Positions 60,285-64,000 of a stretch of DNA of 64,000 bases are shown here, piece by piece. The number at the start of each line of letters is the position of its first letter. Position 1 is the stretch's first letter. A program made the translations under genes and the position numbers. The notes under the pieces are model-generated. The model was not told the DNA's origin. It made no database searches and saw only the letters and a list, made by a program, of their open reading frames with translations. This DNA is from Macrostomum lignano (lineage: Eukaryota): the NCBI GenBank assembly GCA_002269645.1, contig NIVC01001128.1:329554-393553 (forward strand), in the 5' to 3' direction.

Positions 60285-60788
60285 ATGACAAAAGAATCTG
60301 AGAACAACAAACCAGCGGCAGGAAAAGCTGAAGATGAAGCTGATATCCAAGCTTCTCCTTCGCCGGTACCTGCCAAGAAGATTGAACTGCGCAAAGAGAT
60401 CGGGTACTCCAAGGAGTCGGCATCATTGTCGGGTGCATCGTCGGGTCCGGCATCTTCGTATCGCCGAAAGGCATTCTGCAAGAGTCAAAGAGCGTCGGCC
60501 TGAGCTTCATCATGTGGGCTGTTACTGGGATCTTCAGTGCACTGGGAGCCGTGTGCTACGCCGAGCTGGGTACTACTATTCCCAGGTCCGGGGGCGAGTA
60601 CATCTACGTACTGCAGGTCATGGGCGCCCTGCCAGCCTTTCTGGTGCTTTGGATCACCTTTGTTGCCATCGGGGCTGTTAGCAACGCCGCCAACTCGCTC
60701 CTGTTCGCCAAGTACTGCCTGTCACCGCTGTTTGTTGGCTGCCCCGTGCCCGAGCTGCTCACCAGGGCCACAGCCTTCCTGTCTGTTG
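60285..60788 (+). CDS. SLC7: SLC7/LAT-type amino-acid transporter light chain, first exon (1-nt frameshift near 60404); remaining exons not found in window
   Basis: MTKE..IELRKEIG, then after adding one base: VLQGVGIIVGCIVGSGIFVSPKGILQ..MWAVTGIFSALGAVCYAELGTTIPRSGGEYIYV..LSPLFVGCPVP (APC/LAT signature). Donor GTGAGT at 60789. TATA-like tataaaa near 60198. Confidence 0.88.
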
Positions 60789-61080
60789 GTGAGTTGCTCC
60801 TGTCTGTCCTTCCTGTCTGTTGGTGAGTTGCTCCTGTCTGTCCTTCCTGTCTGTTGGTGAGTTGCTCCTGTCTGTCCTTCCTGTCTGTTGGTGATTGGCT
60901 CCTGTCTGTTCTTCCTGTCTGTCCTTCCTGTCTGTTGGTGATTGGCTCCTGTCTGTCCTTCCTGTCTGTTGGTGAGTGGCTCCTGTCTGTCCTTCCTGTC
61001 TGTCCTTCCTGTCTGTCCTTCCTGTCTGTCCTTCCTGTCTGTTGGTGAGTTGCTCCTGTCTGTCCTTCCTGTCTGTCCCT
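60775..61080. repeat. 34-bp tandem repeat containing the exon end and 5' splice donor of the SLC7 exon
   Basis: Unit cttcctgtctgttg|gtgagttgctcctgtctgtc. Several copies keep GTGAGT and some carry GTGATT. Confidence 0.9.
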
Positions 61081-61134
61081 CCTGTCTGCCCCTTCCATGC
61101 CTGTTCTTACCTGTCTTCGTCCCTGTCAGCCTAA

Positions 61135-61320
61135 CTGTCTCTCCTTACCTGTCTCTCCTTACCTGTCTCTCCTTACCTGTCTCTCCTTACCTGTCTCTCC
61201 TTACCTGTCTCTCCTTACCTGTCTCTCCTTACCTGTCTCTCCTTACCTGTCTCTCCTTACCTGTCTCTCCTTACCTGTCTCTCCTTACCTGTCTCTCCTT
61301 ACCTGTCTCTCCTTACCTCT
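61135..61320. repeat. 14-bp minisatellite (ccttacctgtctct)
   Basis: ~13 near-perfect copies. Confidence 0.95.
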
Positions 61321-61699
61321 CTTTTCTCCTTTACAAGGCAGTGGTATTTAAAAGACTGCATAAAAAACGGTGCAGTCGCACAAGGAAAAAAACATGAAAC
61401 ACTTCTAGAAGAAACTATAATCTGCAGAATCCCAATGCTTCATCATTAACAGTGTGCGGTTAAATTAGCTAGCAGCAGGAAACGGTGGTGCAGTCCTGGA
61501 AAGCAGTTTTTATCGGCGGTATAAACGGCATTTTCCAAGTTTTTATGGTAGCAGACGTTAAGTGGATCCAACTATTATATTTACCGGTAAATGTCTCGAA
61601 TTCCTTGGAAAAATCTTTACTTGCACTCGAATGCGAGCAACTTAGAAACACAGTTGTTGGGGAACTGATTTTGTAAATCAATAACTGACTTGGTTCCAG

Positions 61700-62225
61700 C
61701 TTCATGGGATATCTTGTGTGGCCTCAGCTGCATCAGAACTCATGGGATATCTTTATGTGGCCTCAGCTTCATCAGAACTCATGGGATAACTTGTGTGGCC
61801 TCAGCTGCATCAGAACTCATGGATAACTTGTGTGGGCTCAGCTTCATCAGAACTCATGGGATAACTTGTGTGGCCTCAGCTTCATCTGAACTCATGGGAT
61901 ATCTTGTGTGGCCTCAGCTTCATCTGAACTCATGGGATATCTTGTGTGGCCTCAGCTTCATCAGAACTCATGGGATATCTTGTGTGGCCTCAGCTGCATC
62001 AGAACTCATGGGATATCTTGTGTGGCCTCAGCTTCATCAGAACTCATGGGATATCTTGTGTGGCCTCAGCTTCATCTGAACTCATGGGATATCTTGTGTG
62101 GCCTCAGCTGCATCAGAACTCATGGATATCTTGTGTGGCCTCAGCTTCATCAGAACTCATGGATATCTTGTGTGGCCTCAGCTTCATCTGAACTCATGGG
62201 ATATCTTGTGTGGCCTCAGCTTCAT
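61700..62225. repeat. 38-bp minisatellite (gggatatcttgtgtggcctcagcttcatcagaactcat)
   Basis: Visible array. Confidence 0.93.
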
Positions 62226-62869
62226 CTTCAGCTTGACATTTGAATTGTTAAAATGTGGTGATAAAAAAGGAAAAGTTTGAATTCAGTTTTCCAAACCCAG
62301 AACTGCGTTCGCCTCGAGCATATTTAAAAGTGGGATAAATGCACGAAGCACGAACCTATAGGTCGGATTCCTGCACGCATGCCAGGATATCTCCCCACCC
62401 AGCTTGCCTACACGTAGCTTTTCAGCCTTTGTTGCCAAGATGCACCACCCCGAGGGGATCTCCTGCAATCAAGCGGGACTATAGCCAACCTTTGAAAACT
62501 TTTCCCAAGAATTGGTAAGCCAGGCAGCGGCCTCTAGGAGAGGAGAAGAAGAGAGGCGGGGTCAGAGACAGCTGTTGCTGGCAGACCTAATTCTCTCCGC
62601 GGCTTCCCACAACCGACCACTTTCCTAATCTGGCAGCGGGAAGGCAATTCATGGCCAGGGACCGGAAATCCAGGGTTCAAGGCTGGCTCCCAGAGAAAGA
62701 AGTGAAGGCCAAGTGGTGACTGTTAGGTTTCTTTTGTCTTCCTCTGGATTCGATTGAGGTTGCTAAACTGGCTTTCCCAAAGCCAGGAGACTCACAGATC
62801 AGGTTACCTCTGAGTTAACTTGTGTTTATTTGGCAGTGCTATCGCCCTCTGCTTTCAGTTTAAACGCTA

Positions 62870-63862
62870 CCTCTTCTCTTCTCTCCTCTCCTCTCCTCCC
62901 CTCTCCTCTCCTCTCCTCTCCTCTCCTCTCCTCTCCTCTCCTCTCCTCTCCTCTCCTCTCTCTCCTCTCTCTCCTCTCCTCTCCTCTCCTCTCCTCTCCT
63001 CTCCTCTCCTCTCCTCTCCTCTCCTCTCCTCTCTCTCCTCTCCTCTCCTCTCCTCTCCTCTCCTCTCCTCTCCTCTCCTCTCCTCTCCTCTCCTCTCCTC
63101 TCCTCTCCTCTCCTCTCCTCTCCTCTCCTCTCCTCTCTCTCTCCTCTCCTCTCCCTCCTCTCCTCTCCTCCCCTCCTCTTTCGTCTCCTCTCCTCTCCTC
63201 TCCTCTCCTCTCCTCTCCTCTCCTCTCCTCTCCTCTCTTCTCCTCTCCTCTCTTCTCCTCTCCTCTCCTCTCCTCTCCTCTCCTCTCCTCTCCTCTCCTC
63301 TCCTCTCCTCTCCTCTCCTCTCCTCTCCTCTCCTCTCCTCTCTCTCCTCTCCTCTCCTCTCCTCTCCTCTCCTCTCCTCTCCTCTCCTCTCTTCTCCTCT
63401 CCTCTCTTCTCCTCTCCTCTCCTCTCCTCTCCTCTCCTCTCCTCTCCTCTCCTCTCCTCTCCTCCCCTCCTCCGTCTCCTCTCCTCTCCTCTCCTCTCCT
63501 CTCCTCTCCTCTCTCCCCTCCTCTTTCGTCTCCTCTCCTCTCTTCTCCTCTCCTCTCCTCTCCTCTCCTCTCCTCTCCTCTCCTCTCTCCTCTTCTCTCC
63601 TCTACTCTCCTCTCCTCTCCTCTCTTCTCCTCTCTCTCCTCTCTCCTCTCCTCTCCTCTCTCTCTCTCTCTCCTCTCCTCTCCTCTCCTCTCCTCTCCTC
63701 TCCTCTCCTCTCTCTCCTCTCTCTCCTCTCCTCTCCTCTCTCTCCTCTCCTCTCTCTCCTCTCCTCTCCTCTCCTCTCCTCTCCTCTCCTCTCTCTCTCC
63801 TCTCCTCTCCTCTCTCCTCTCCTCTCCTCTCCTCTCCTTCCTCTGCTCTCCTCTCTCCTCTC
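62870..63862. repeat. (CTCCT)n pentanucleotide polypyrimidine tract, ~1 kb
   Basis: Directly visible. Confidence 0.97.
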
Positions 63863-64000
63863 CTAACTTCAAAAGGCCAAGAACGATCCGCAGCATTGCT
63901 CACAATAGACCATATATGCTCGACAGTAGCTCATGTATTTTATTTGTTTGCTATTGCACAATATTGAGTGAGCAATCGATATAGACTTTGGTTCTACACA

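Noticed and set aside
62820-63984. EERRG / LLSSP ORFs
   Set aside because: Translations of (CTCCT)n.

Overview
Eukaryotic (animal) genomic DNA with GC-rich exons, AT-rich intergenic DNA, GT-AG introns and very dense mini/microsatellites. This organisation suggests a Macrostomum-type flatworm, which is an inference only. Six host protein-coding loci can be assembled by hand: a PCNP-domain gene (-, 4.1-8.2 kb), a Zn-dependent MDR dehydrogenase (-, 25.7-28.7 kb), a 14-exon aldehyde-oxidase-like molybdo-flavoenzyme (-, 35.3-40.4 kb), an EMAP/EML WD40 protein with an upstream RFX X-box (-, 43.5-51.7 kb), a divergent Rab GTPase (+, 56.5-59.5 kb) and the first exon of an SLC7/LAT amino-acid transporter (+, 60.3 kb, 1-nt frameshift). 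There is also one tRNA-Pro gene with an unusual GGG anticodon. The 8.7-24.5 kb block is packed with decayed DNA transposons (IS630/Tc1-like plus a probable cognate MITE, FLYWCH-MULE-RING, hAT, Merlin, TTAA-flanked element). A decayed Gypsy element lies at 29-35 kb and a LINE 3' fragment at 54.7 kb. Most long ORFs in the supplied track are artefacts of tandem repeats. The most notable observations are tandem arrays that copy real splice junctions, introns built almost entirely of repeats, a MULE transposase fused in frame to a RING finger, C-to-T decay signatures, tRNA-Pro(GGG) and a Rab lacking the catalytic Gln. No CRISPR array or prokaryotic system is present. All coordinates come from manual reading; no database searches were run.
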